A DNA stretch of 60,928 nucleotides, the filler included, from Sphacelaria rigidula (lineage: Eukaryota), in the NCBI GenBank assembly GCA_964200075.2. It is 9 parts of 9 records of this genome, joined end to end, with 100 filler letters (N's around TTAATTAATTAA, not from the genome) between each part and the next. Parts side by side here need not be neighbours in the genome. Positions count along the whole stretch, not along the records: positions 1 to 6,682 come from CAXNAA020018660.1; positions 6,783 to 13,464 come from CAXNAA020018661.1; 7 more parts are not named here. One strand, written 5' to 3'. Below the pieces are notes generated by a model. It saw only the letters and a list, made by a program, of their open reading frames with translations, ran no database searches and had not been told where the DNA came from. Below are positions 1 to 13,241 of this stretch, piece after piece (positions within the stretch are counted from its first letter, which is position 1; the number at the start of each line of letters is the position of its first letter). Made by a program: the position numbers and the translations under genes.

Positions 1-2544
1 ATATTTTGTATGAACCCCAAAATATAAAATCGGCTGTTTAATAATGTATTCGTTTCACACAATGCTCAACAGTAGAGATCGACCATATTATCATGACATG
101 ATAATATGGTCGTACACGCAATTCGACTTAATGGTCGATGAGGGAAAGGATCTAATGGATGAAAAACAAAGAATAAAGAACTCCTGTGTTGGCCTTCCTC
201 CTGTGCGACTCCGGCTGGTGCGCCCACATATACCGAAAGGTGTAAACCGGCGTCGAGATTAGATGGGACGTCTACACAACACACGCAGTTACGGAGTGTA
301 CCGCGCAACGATTTAGAAGCGGCGTTGACCAAGTTGGTAGTGCACGGGGGGGGACCGCGGTAACAGTTTGTTATGAAAGTGATACGACCAAGTCGGTAGC
401 TCACCGGTAGGAAGTGTACTTTGAAAATACTACTCTACTCTTTTCAGCTAAACTTGTATTTTTGTCCATGAACGATCGAGTCTAGGAAAGCTGGCTGTTT
501 ATTCTGGGCTTGCCCGTTCTTGAATAAAAATGCAATCTTAGCCAAAAAGAAAACTGCGACCACCGTAGAACGCGAAGGTGTCCTGAAGCCGTCCCAATAA
601 AAGCATCTCGTGTTTACTCTGATCCGACGGACCGTCCCAAACTAAAAAGCCGGCGTTTCCCCTATTCACAACTGGTCTTACTACAGTATTTCGTATTGAA
701 ATCGGCCGTTGAAAAACGCGGCTGCATTTGTGTTGGGTCAAGACTGAACACCAAGTTCAAAGAGGCGCTATTGTTTGAAGTTCAAAGTCAGGCCCTGACC
801 TGTTTTTGTAAAAAAAATAATCCCGACCACCAGGTAGTGACACAACCTTTTGAGCGATCCGTTTCGACCCCAAGAATTCGAATCTCACTATATTGCTCCT
901 TTCAAGTTATCCTTCAGGGAACCGGACTCAGAGAATAGACATGTGGTTTGCCCGCAGGCGCCTTGTTGCGAATCGGCATTATTTTTACTTGTAACGACTG
1001 AAAATGATGCCCATTCATAAAAACGCCCCTGCGTGCAAACCACATGTTTCTGGGAGTCCGGTCCCAAGGGGACTGCGAAGTATTTTCGGAGGGGAAATAT
1101 ATGGGCACTTTCCGCGCGCCGTTCTGGTGCTTATTGCTTATCCTCAATAAAAAGCTTCACTATTATTTTTGATGATCGGCTGTTTCACGTAGCATGGTGA
1201 AGGACCTGGCGGGGGCGGACATCACCAGTTTCACCCCGTCCACTCCGCGTTTTGATACCCAACTTCACACGTGCAACACATGTACGCTTCCAATAACCAA
1301 CGTTTCACCCAGCAATCCAGGTGTCGAAAGGAAGAGTGGAGAGAGTGAAGTCGGTGATGTACACCCTCGCCAGGTTCTTCACCCTGTCGCGCACGTGTCT
1401 GCCGAAAGGAAAACGTTTGTAAACAAGCGGGTTTCAAGAGCAAGATTCGGTGCTACATCTACGTCCAGCACTACGTTCGGATAAGCAATCTTAGCTGTGA
1501 AAGTATGGCTCAGCGAAGTACGTCATCACTGGGAACGGCAAACTACGGCGAACTATATGCAAGGGGTTGATCTCCACTTCGACATGTGACATGGGTCAAG
1601 CAACGAACCGATCCTTAATGGTTGTTTCGACCACAATCTCTACACAACAGAACAAACAGGGAAATTGCTATGCTTCTCCGTCGTGCTGAAATGGACGAAT
1701 AGGTAGACCGACGGAATTAGCTCCGCTATTTGCAGAATGTGTCGCGCTCATGAGACCAATCAGGACACCGAGCTGGTCTATCTACCCCTGTTCCATGGCT
1801 AGCAGAAACGCAGGGCACGTTCATGAGAGTTTGGGGGTGAGGGGAAAGACATTGCCAACGATCGAATCGGCCCTTCGGCCGCGGCAACGCGCGCCGCCTC
1901 CAAGAGGCCCTCCCAGAGGAATCTGTTTCTGATCGTAATACACCATTTGGTATCACTTCGCCTTCATTCCTGACGCGTGGACGGCCTTCCAAGAACGTGG
2001 GTCTAGTATTTGTACGAGGGACGTCTTAATACTCAATTGATGCACACACGAATTAAACATACAGTTTTGTTACATTCTTGTATTTTTGCGCAGAACTCAC
2101 ACACTACTTTTCACAACAGCAGTGGAGACGACGCGAAACGGGGAACGTTCGCGGTTATACCTACCGAGAGGTGCTTGGCATGTCTACATTCGATACATGG
2201 TATATACAACGAAGGTGACCAGTGTCAGACTAGCAATCCCGTCGAGTCAGCAGCCTCAAGCATCTAAATAATCGGCGGCATTCAAAAGCGACTTCGCTGG
2301 CACGCCGCTGATCATCAAAATATGTTTGGGCGCTGAGCGCCAAAAACGCCTGGAATTTGGAATGCCACAATAGCGCCGCATCATCCCTTCCCCCCCTACT
2401 TACTGTAGAAACCCAGGGTGCTCCGTCCGGCTTTATAGGGATGCGAGGTCAATGTTCGTATGACTATGGCATGCATGATCATGAGTACACCCCCCCTACT
2501 TACTCTACACATATACCGCGAACGGTGGCGCACCCGTGCGTCCA

Positions 2545-5500
2545 TCATCTAGGAGAGTGCATGCCAAGTCGTGTGTCGAATTCGAGGCGAAGCAGAGTCA
2601 CGTAGCGGTCGTAGGCGCGGGCGTAGTGGCGCTTCACAAGCTCTCCAAATAGGAGAACAACCACAGGGCAGATGGCGCCGACAACCAAGGCCTCCCAAGG
2701 GCACTTCGAAAGCAACTCCACGGTTTGTCGTGCTGCAGCTGACGCCCAGAGATATGCTACCTGAACGTAGGACAGAACATCATCACCAATTGTTTAATTT
2801 CAGATATTTTATCACGATCAACAATGCGCATTCTCCAAGACGGGCAGTATGGAGAACTGGATTATCATGGGGTTTGATAGCCATGAAAAACACTGGGATA
2901 TTACACAAGGTACTGCACACTAGTCAAACTTGTGAATGAGAGCGATCTCAGCCAAGGCAACACCCTGTGTACCAGTACAGTCGTTTCCGGGAAAGAGATA
3001 ATATGCACATTCGAAAAAAAGTGCCGTTGCGGTTCATCTCAACGGGACTGAAAACGAAGTTGTAAAACGAAACAAGTGTATAAAAGCAGATGGGTTTTGA
3101 GGAGTGATATCGCGGCGACCAATCAAGATGCTGCTCTGGGACGCATGTTTCGTTCCACACTTCTCTTTTGGTTCCACTGAGATTGGCTCTTAGCGATGGA
3201 AAGTGTCCCAAAAATGCCGGTGACCTATGGCGTAGTCGACGCCTCTGGATAGGGGCCAGGTGTCCCGACCGAGATAATATAACTGTTCAGGGTGATTTGT
3301 TGCGCACCAACGTATTGCGAACCTGTATTAGATGAGTACGCGGCCACTCGCACATACCCCCAAGTTCGCGGGCAAGTTGTTGGAATACGAGAGCAAGATA
3401 TTGCCACGCTTTGACTTAAAAACACGAAGCATATGCATACGCGTATACTGTAACATGACTATAATGGCACCCCCAGGGTTCTGCATCAATTTACCCAGGT
3501 GAGCACCACTCATTGCTGCTGGCGCATAAGTGTGAACGCGATACAGTACATGTGGCACTATACTCACTTGAAAGCGGCACTCGTAACACTCACGAGAACA
3601 CAGTATTACATATCAGGCTGATGGATCCCACTGAACAACACCCAGCATGTCGGCTTTGCGTACGGCCTCAAGCCGTCTGCACTAGACTGAATAGAATACA
3701 TGATCTACTAAGAAGACGTCATCAGAACAAACACAGGCACCAGCAACTTCTCAGCATGCAATCGCGGTCGAAATGTGTGGTTTTGTGCTGATTCAGTATA
3801 AATCGAGGGGTTTTTACACAGCTACTGTGCTCGTACAGTACTCAGTTACACATTTTGCCGCCATAGCGCTGAATCTGAAAAAAAGTGTTCCCACCACGGG
3901 GAAGTCGTCCTGAGCAGGCTGTCTTCTACACGGCGGTGACAGTCCTTCGGGAGAAACTCAAGCACGGATAATTCGAACATGACGGTAATTTTCACTCGCT
4001 ACCAGAGAACCGCTTATGCCGAGCGCACCGCTGAACTTTATATCGCCGAAAATGATGGATGGGAAAAAGAAACGTGATGCGACGAAGCCATCGCAGTGGA
4101 TAGATCAACACAAGCCCAAAACAGCCCAAATCCGCTACGAGAACACACATAGCGATCCAAGAAACAAGAAACCAAAGTGCATGCACGTATCCTTTGGCTA
4201 CCGACCTGCAAGAAGAGTATGAGGATCACGGCGTATCTCCATGTCCAGTTCTTCCAGGGACTCTCCTTTCGGATACTGGCCGTCCTGAATAATGGGTTCC
4301 AGTAGGTGAGGCAGCAGCAGCCACAACAACATGTGCAACGAGGGCGGAGGGACCGCACTTAGCTACTACAACAAAACCTCAACGTTCTTCAATGACCGTT
4401 CGATCCTGGCCTAATACCTCTTTAGGTAACCAACGTCTTCACGAGTCTACGTGACATGGTCATCTCGATACATGTATTTGGGTCTGTCGAATGCAGGCCG
4501 CCTTGTGTGCACTGAGCACCGTGATGTATTTCCTTCCGAATTTTCTCCTACGGCAAGAGCAAACGCCGGTTTCAACACGAGGCATTCACGGGGATGTCCG
4601 CAGGACCGATTCCGAGCAGAGGGGTACGTCTCGAATGGCTGCAATTTGCACAATGACGGGCGAAACACGTCTACGGCTATCAACCTTGCAACACTATCTA
4701 GGCAGCCCGGGGAGAATGAAGCTCCGCCTTGCAGATTCTCCTGCTCTCCATGCTGAAAACATTCCCCGTGATCATTCACGTAGAGTCAAGTACTTCCGTG
4801 ACACTCGGGTGGATACCCTCATCATGTACAGGTACCTGTACATGAATCCAGCGGATTGAGCGATGAGACAAATAACCAGCTCTGTCAGCACCAAATCTGC
4901 AGCCTGCTGTGCCGCCGCTCGAATCTTGGTACCATCTGCATCTTCAAGCGCACGGCACCATATCATATCCACCCAAGTTGCTTGAGCCTTTTCCGCCTGG
5001 AAACATTCCGAGAGAATCGCGCGATATTCCTCATTTTCTTATCCCGTCGTTCTTGTGTTCTTGTGTTTTCCACACGGTCACAGATCCGCTCAACTGGAAT
5101 GCGATTAGACATCTCGATTCAGCAGTTTGATTGAGCGTCCGTCAGCGCCAAACGATGCTGTATAGCTATCAGTACGCCGTGGATAGCCCGAAATGCGCAA
5201 CAATATTTTCAAGTCTTTCTGTAGAACGATCGTTGTCAAATGACGCATGATCTGGTGGCCTCGACATGATATCTGTGAGCTGGGGGTGAACGGGGGTGCT
5301 GTATGATCGCGCTCAGCCCATTATTACTCTAGGAAAGTTCCTGGCAAAATCGCCACAGGAAATATCAGCGCTTCCTTGCACATTCCCGTACCTGACCGGC
5401 GCACGTTGATGCCAGCTCTGGATAGTTGACAATGAGAAACTCTCCGATCAGGAACACGTACAAGCCGAGACATATGAGTATCGCTGGAATTGTGCGCAGT

Positions 5501-6496
5501 AGAAGATGCACCACCAACTGGGGTGCAATGGGAACGACCTGTGACAGGCCGGGTGGAAGGTTGACACAAGAGGATGGATTACTGCCAGCGTAGCCCAAAA
5601 ATGCTTTGTGAGAGGCCAGTCCCAGGCGATCGACGAAGCAGTACAGGTCGCTTAGTATGAAAAACACGGGGAGATCAAATTATACATGCAGGACCGCAAT
5701 AGGGTATAGGGCACACTTCCTGTGCCGCAAGGATCCACCGATAGCTCACCAGGAAGCTATTCCACCAAATGTGCAATGCAAGACAAGCATTCGCTCACTT
5801 TCGGGTCGTTCTTCTCTGGTGTCCTCTTCATGAGCGATCCGTCTGCGGGGGAAGCCAAGAAAGATGTCGCCAGAAGCGGCGCCACCACCCATAAGATCCA
5901 GATGAGGTGGTCCCCTCCCAAAGTCATCGGGTGTGAAATTGGGAGAGCCGCGGAGAACAGAATGAGCAGCGCAACCGTAAAAGATGCCATAAGTAGGAAC
6001 GACAGGGCCTGCTGGAAAAAACACACACATGGTTATAGTTGGTGCTGGGAAATTCGGATACATACAGCGAAAAGTCTCGCCACACGAGTGTTGTCGGAAC
6101 ATGTAGACACTTGTGCTGGAAGTCGTCCCGTCCAGTCCAGTCCCGTCTCGTCACGAAAAAATCTTGTTTTGCTACAAGCTATGTGCAGCACGTCACAAGT
6201 CAGGCCCGTATTTCTAGTGGCCAAGGAACTACGGTGTCAGTGCAGCTGGGGAAGGTCTACGGTAGGGGGACGGCAAACGATGGCACCGCGGGAGCTGTGA
6301 AAGACCGCCAGCGAGGTGATGGCGAAAACTCGTATCACGTACTTCACATTTGAAGATACGCAAAGTTGTTCTGAAATGCGCGCCGCTGGCACCTGACCTG
6401 ATAGCTGTTGGTGAGGAGGCGTCGGCCCTCGCGGATGAGATCGATGATGACGCTTCCAACTTCATCCAGGCCGCTCAAGGCACCCCCCCTCCGCAC
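2545..6496 (-). CDS. TMEM94: TMEM94/ERMA-like multi-pass membrane protein (P-type ATPase-related), 3' part; exons 6496-6398, 6008-5799, 5538-5392, 4996-4836, 4284-4206, 2760-2545
   Basis: All introns are GT-AG with consistent phases. Spliced peptide includes VIIDLIREGRRLLTNSYQALSFLL, HLIWILWVVAPLLATSFLASPADGSLMKRTPEKN, MYRTASIRKESPWKNWTW and ends GELVKRHYARAYDRYVTLLRLEFDTRLGMHSPR*. This matches the TMEM94 C-terminal signature (..LQFETKLGMNSPF, recalled). The 5' exons lie beyond the scaffold end. Confidence 0.85.
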
Positions 6497-6682
6497 CTAG
6501 ATGGAACAAGGGACATGATGTGACCTCAGTATTGGCAACACCTCACCCTCATAGGCATGGGTGATGAAACAGGAGCTTGTCGTGTCTGATTGCACAAGTC
6601 ACGGCCGTTGTAGAAACGAAGTACATCGACGGGGGGGGGGTGTACTCATGATCATGCTTGCCATAGTCATCAGACCATTGAC

Positions 6683-6782
6683 NNNNNNNNNNNNNNNNNN
6701 NNNNNNNNNNNNNNNNNNNNNNNNNNTTAATTAATTAANNNNNNNNNNNNNNNNNNNNNNNNNNNNNNNNNNNNNNNNNNNN
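6683..6782. other. Artificial scaffold linker N44-TTAATTAATTAA-N44 (also 13465-13564, 20246-20345, 27027-27126, 33808-33907, 40589-40688, 47369-47468, 54149-54248)
   Basis: Identical 100-bp spacer with stops in all six frames, recurring every ~6.78 kb between pieces of decreasing length. Confidence 0.98.
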
Positions 6783-9700
6783 TGTTATTGTACTGCATTG
6801 AGTACCAGGAGCCTCTCGTGTCGTTGCGTGATAGCGTGTCTGAGACATTTCGTTTCACGAAATGCGGTGGAACTACGGTAGAGAATTTCGCCGTACAGGC
6901 ACGCAAAGACTCGACATGCGCAGGCAAAACACACTGGTACGAGTAGTGCTGCAAGATGGCATCAAGGTCGTCAACAGCTCCATCATGGAAGAGAACCTCC
7001 CAGTCGACGGTCATTTATCACCGTGAGAGGAACAAGTACTACCTCAAACCGCGCTATACACCCCCCAGATGCAAGGCGATATGCCAGGTTGTGCGCGAAA
7101 AAAAATGGTCGCGTCGGGAGTCGAACTCGTGAGCTCTGTAATGAGAGGCGGTTTTACCAGTTTGAACATCGAGTGCCACACGAAAAAGAGGATGCTGTGC
7201 CAAATTTCTGAAAGTTTCGGCCGAACTTGCGTCAGGATCTCCCCCACGCAAGGATGCACAACATTTCTGGGGGTGCCTCCGTATTTCATTTTTTTCACGG
7301 AGTTATAGCATTTTTTTAGTTTTTGCTGAAGCTTGAAATCGCTCTAACTCACTGTTTGTTTTTTTTTCCTTGACATCCCCAGAAATATTGTGCGTACTGA
7401 TGATGAAAATGTTGTGTCAAAAATTCAGCGCCAAACTGTTCGAATTACCGACAGCATCGCCAAAACACATTCAAAAATCACTGTCAGCTGGCCCAGCCTG
7501 TACGTCTATCATGTGACCACGGCTGGATTGGGGGTCACTGAAGGTGCGACCATCAATCAATTAAAAAATGCGTCTCGGCCACTCCCTGCGGTTATTGCTC
7601 GGGTCAAATACTTGATGCGCGAAGTGACGCCAATGGCTGGTAACCCTCGACCTTTTCGCCCTCCGAAGGCCCCTCAGCAGAGGGCCTCCGGGGGCCCCTC
7701 CGGGGGGCTCGTTGCCGCCGGCGGCGGCCGCCGAAGGACCCCCGGCCAGATCGACCATTTCCCCCCTGGCAGTTCGTAGGGTGGTCCGTTTGGGCATGCA
7801 GCCCCCACCCCCTCCGTTTGGTTTCCACTTGGGATTCGCAGTCAGATATGCCCAAACCCTCTACACTTTGAGAGTACAGATCAAGCGTGAAGCAGATTTA
7901 TTTTGTCCAGAATCTGTTGTACGGGGGTTCGGAGTTGAGACGGTTTTATCTTGAGACAGAGCGCGTATGGGTGTATTCTATCGCCATTATAATAACCCAG
8001 CTAGTCCATTGTGTGTTCGTGTGATACATGTGATACATGTGATACATGTGTAGTGGTCAATCGGTGCATTGCTGTCTGGTGCACGTCGATGTGCCATACC
8101 ATGCTGTGTGAGTACATGCGTGCGCACGTCGTAGTCTCCCTGTACAGGCGCCTGCCAGTTATGATAGTGCAGCGGTTTTACTTCACCGCCTGTCTCTCCG
8201 CCTCGATAAATTGCCGTCGCTCGAAGGGTCTTCGCGTGCACGGTTTTTTCACGGAGTCGGCGTGGAGGCCTCTTGTTTGTCGCACTCGCTGCTCACCATC
8301 ATATTTGCCCGTATGCGCGGGTCATCTGTCGCGGGCTAACTTGGTGGCCGGATCTCGGCATGCAAGAGTCGCACTTTGTCTAGAGATCGAAACACGTGCA
8401 CCTAGCGTAAAGACCTTGAAAGAGTACACCATGGTTTTTTTGCCTCTGTTGCCAGGGCTGATTTATCGTATTTCATGACCTTTGAGATCCGCCAAATCCA
8501 GGAACAACTTTCACCACATGCAGGAAACTTGGAAATTTAGGTATAGGTTCGGGAGCAAAGACGAAGGACTCAGGTAAACTTGGCGCGCGTTCCGCCGCAA
8601 CCAGGTATACAGTGGTTTCCGTCAATCATGTGACTGGAAAATTCGACCTCATCGTCCCGCCTGTACATTATGTGCCTGAAGCCAGTGGAAAAAAGTCCAG
8701 GTACACCTGGATATGTCGTTCGCCCGAAAATTAACTATGGAACCACACTCTATCCAATTGAGCACGCCCGTTACGTCGTGAAGCAAGCGGCAGAATACGA
8801 ACAGATCGACGCTCATGATCTCAATCCAATTCCGACCACTCACCTAACTCCGCTAACAGAACTGTTGAACTCTCGGCCGAACGCCATTTCCCGCACCCCC
8901 GTCCACCACCCACCGCCACCACCGCCCCACGCTCTCGATAGATCCCGCCCAGATCGCTGCCACTCTAAACTTGAAACGTTCAGCGTGGGCAATCGGGGAT
9001 ATCGGCACCGCTCGCCTCCGCTCTGTTCCTCACTCGCCCATACTGTTCTTGGCGTTCTGTTTTCGACGCGCAGTCGGACTCTCATGAAACTGAAGTGACG
9101 GTCATGGGTGCAGGGGGTACGGAGGGAGAATACACGTTTGAATTTTGCTTCATGATGGAGCACATAGCTGATATGAATGCAGAGACCAAAGAAGTAGCCC
9201 AACAGCAAGAAGTTTTCAATAAATACAATCAGAAGTACAAGATTACGGAACTCTACTGCATGTATGCTCACAGCTCAACAAAGCATCGAAGCATTGTGAA
9301 CTACTTCCTCTGTCCCATTGGTAAAGGTCCTTTTTGTAATACAGACCCTTTAGGGTGTGCGACGCCGTAGGCCTGGGTGGTGGGGGTGAGATGAGAGTAT
9401 GTGCATGTGCACAGCATCTGGAAACGTCGGCGCGTGATATGCACAACAAGCCCAACGAGAGAAGACGAGGACTAGAACTACACCACGTAGATCTCTCCAT
9501 CTCTTTGTCTTATACTAGTAGCTCAAATCATATGAGTACTCGGGTTGACCCCCGTTTGGAGGTATACCTCACATCCTATTACTACTACGACGTGAGAAGT
9601 CGTCTACCGCTGCACGAACGCCACAGGTGATCATACTCCCCCCCCACGCATAGCAGTTTGTACCGCACGACTAAATTGCAAGAGATGAGCCCCTCTCCAT

Positions 9701-10104
9701 ATTTGAAGGCTCAAACCCGGCTCTGGCAAATCTGAATATCCACTCAGTGACATTCCAGATTGACCAGAAACCTCGAACGATAGTACCTGGAAGCGGCGAG
9801 CGACAAGCACCGGAATTTCGTTTCACAACTGCTGCAACGAACTCCGCGGATGCAATGAACAGTCTTGTCTGCCTTTTTGCCGCGAACGTTTCGTCGGTCG
9901 CAAATGCCACAAAACGAATTTTGCACCTTCTAGTGCAGCTACAAATCGTGACCTTCCCGAACTAGTGATTCGACTTCCTGTACAGTGACACCGATCGAGT
10001 GAAACCTCCAACCTGCACCGTCCACTCCTAAGGCACTCACTGTTCGAAATGTTTGCGCCGTGCCGTACAAAGCACATAACATCCCCATGCACTAGACGAA
10101 CACA

Positions 10105-10366
10105 AGAGCACTGCTACGGTAGGGGTGCACTCTTTGCGCGAAATCTTGTCTCGTTCAGGGGCTCCTAAAGATTCTAGATGCACAAGAACATGGGTCAGGG
10201 CACCCCCGTTTGCAAACTCATTCGGGGCATCCCTAAAATAGCACGTTGGACTAGTAATCCTAGCGTACTCTGACATATTTCATAAGTCGTATTTTGGATG
10301 AGATAAAGGGCTCCTGACAATTCAAACCTAAGAAAATATTTGTGCACCCCTACCGTGGCATCCCTC
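10105..10366. mobile_element. MITE, family A (TIR core TGCTACGGTAGGGGTGCAC)
   Basis: TGCTACGGTAGGGGTGCAC ... GTGCACCCCTACCGTGGCA termini. Internal sequence is homologous, in reverse orientation, to 51715-51971. Confidence 0.8.
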
Positions 10367-11819
10367 GCGACCAATAGGGCCAACGTCAGCTGTCGCACAT
10401 ACACGCACAGACCTCCCGGTAGATGTCGTGTGGATGTGGTTGAGGCGCGTTTTTGGAAGGTACGGCACGAAGATATACTTGGTGTCATTCAGAAGCACAC
10501 CTACACTGTGCAGGTTGAGAGTTCCATTATTATACAGGTAGTCACTAGTTTGAGAAGGTCGTTGTAGCTGCACTGTACGGCGCGAAAATTCGAAGTTTGT
10601 CAAGCAGCGTTCCAGTGCTTGTCGCTCGCCTCTTTTAGACACTCTCAAAGGTTCAGCTACAGCCCGGAGGGCAAAGTAGACGAATCCAGGTACACCTGCC
10701 GGGTTCGCCGCCGGGACCAGGTAGGTATCCCGCTATCTCGGCTGATCAGACATCCATACTTGAAACAGCGTATCTTACTACGGAGCTCTACCCGAACTTC
10801 GTCTCCAAAATGCTCAGGTAGAGCTCAACATCACTAATTTTCGGAAAACAACGAGCAAAATTGTTACGACACAAGCTTGAAAGCGCATACGAGTCCCTCA
10901 CCTGCGACATATCCGACAGAGGGCTAACGACGTGCGCTGCAGCTGCTTCGACTCGGCAGCGTTGATCATTTCCGATTGGACTACTAACGGCAAGATCGCG
11001 TCCTCTATTCCGTCCCCTGTTCCTCTCAATGTCGCCGTCGTGCCTGCCGCCGATGCTGCTGCCGCAATGTCGTTGCAGCACCATGTCAGCCGAGCAGATG
11101 GGGGAGGTGGCGTGTGGCGTCAGGGAAGCCCATCAGAGTACGTTCAAGTAAGAATCATCAACGGTGAACAGTCTAGTGAAAAGGTCATTTGCTGTGGCGG
11201 CGGAATGTGTCGGACCTTTTTTCGGGTATCGAAAAGGCTTTTGTAAACCACCATAAGACACTCTAGGGTCGACGTTTGCGCGCGTAATGTTTTCTACAAA
11301 AAGCACAGGGCCCGCTCAAGGCTTGGGCACTGGTGGGCGAACGTACACCGGACATGTGCACGTGTGCTCAACACATGCGCGATTTCAGCAGAAGCGTTCA
11401 TGTACGTGGGAATCATTCAAGCCCTGGACCAAAACGGAGGGAAATACAAGAAAACAGCGTACCCTTGCAGCTGCCGTGAATGACGCCCAGTCTTAAGGGC
11501 TTCATTACTATTGAATTTCGGTTCCAAATAGTGATGGCATGTAGAACAAAAACGACTTCTGAGGCGTGCACAGCTTCAGTGAAAAAAAGTGGTGTTCGTC
11601 TCTGAACACTTTGACCGTTACTGATCCCACAACATAGAACAAGGGACAAGATCTGCTGCTGCTGTACACTGCAGCGACAGCTTCGTGGAAGAGTTAACAC
11701 ACACGTCTACTGTAGTTCCAAACCTCGTTGTAGCGCGTCTTGAACGCGGGCGCAAGGCGTACAACGGCACTTGCACGGTCTTGCATCATCGCGCAACCTC
11801 TATCCGGGATGTTGATATC

Positions 11820-12190
11820 CCTCTCGGACGTGGACATACATCTGGGACATAGACAAACTCGATTGGGCATCCCCAATGAACATCCCAGATGGGCATGATC
11901 CCATATGGACGTCCCGTACGGACGTCCCAGATGGATGAATTTATATCAGATGAACATCCCCATACCAGATGAACATCCACACCCCAGATGAACATCCTAA
12001 CTCCAGATGAACATCTACACCTCAGATGAACATCTACATCCCAGATGAACGTTCACATCTCAGATAGATATGTTATCCCAGATGAACGGCGAGATCCCAG
12101 ACGCTTGTCCCAGATGAATATGATATCCTAGATGAATGTCCAAGATGGATATGACATCCCAGGTGGATATCTCTACCATAGACGGATATG
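11820..12190. repeat. Imperfect tandem minisatellite (CATCCCAGATGAA core)
   Basis: Many degenerate copies of cccagatgaacatc at ~15-20 bp spacing. Confidence 0.85.
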
Positions 12191-13090
12191 ATATTTCGGA
12201 AGGAGGTTGCACGTTGCCAACGATATTTTCTCCGAAGTCTGGGTGCTGCCTACAGCACAGCCTGTATCGTCGTACGGTTGAAATCTACCTGAACCCCAGG
12301 TGTTCCCACCTTTTCCACGGGATCGTGACGAAACCAGCAACGTACAAAAATATGCACTAGGTTGTGGGGGGAAAAACGAAGACGCGTTTGACTGTTGGCC
12401 TGCCTATTTGACGTTGGGGACTGTAATCATCTACCAAGCGCTACACTGCGGAGGGATCTTCGCAAGAAAATGAAATCGATCCCGATTTCGATCTTCAATT
12501 CGGTCCGGCTACGGTAGTGAAAACGCTTCCAACATCTGTACGTCTTGAGCCTCAAACGACCAGAACCTGACAAATCATAGCCAATCCAGCTGTCTTCAAA
12601 CGCTGACCCAGAGGGCTGCACTACCCCTCGTACAGAGCTTCATATCTTCCGTCGTAGCTTCCCCTCAAAAATATATGACGTGCCCATTCGGGTTCGGTAC
12701 ATTAGTAAACAGGGTTGCCGATAAATGTTTTCACAGAACGCGTCGCACATAATAAGGAATCACAAACTGCACACTTCAGGGCGGGACAGGAAGGCTACGC
12801 AACCGTTTAAACACGTCGTTGATGCCCGCCCAACAGCGAAACCAAACCCACCCGAGTGGAATACCTCGCATTCCAGTGAGAGTCCCGCTACCTGTGAACG
12901 TGTGCGGGTTTTATATAGGATCCTGTAGGCGTGCATCTTGACATATTTCGGCCGGCACTGGCAACCATGGGAGCTTCCCATGCCGCATTATCGATGAGAG
13001 TGTTCCATGCTTCGATTTTGGGCAAGGGTGAGAATCTCGGGGCTTGGAAAGAGAAAATATATTTGACTACAGGTCAGCGCAGCGGGTTGA

Positions 13091-13241
13091 TTATTATGAC
13101 TATGATTATGATTATGATTACGATTATGACTATGATTATGATTATGATTATGATTATGATTATGATTATGATTATGATTATGATTACGATTGCGATTATG
13201 ATTATGACTATGACTATGACAATGACTATGATTATGATTAT
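13091..13241. repeat. (ATTATG)n hexanucleotide microsatellite with GAC/ACG variants
   Basis: Read directly; produces the spurious DYDY/MIMI/HNHN ORFs. Confidence 0.97.

Noticed and set aside
44..1932. Possible plus-strand exons converging on TMEM94 (e.g. 1193-1270, 1812-1932)
   Set aside because: Could not build a phase-consistent, recognisable protein.
6727..6738. Recurrent TTAATTAATTAA and ORFs ending XXXLIN
   Set aside because: Assembly linker, not biological.
8670..11084. Exon-like stretches at 9095-9325 (+), 9787-9926 (-, Cys-rich) and 10902-11084 (-)
   Set aside because: Plausible splice sites but ambiguous frame and no homology recognised.
11820..12190. Possible CRISPR-like array
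   Set aside because: Degenerate tandem units without unique spacers; eukaryotic context, no cas genes.
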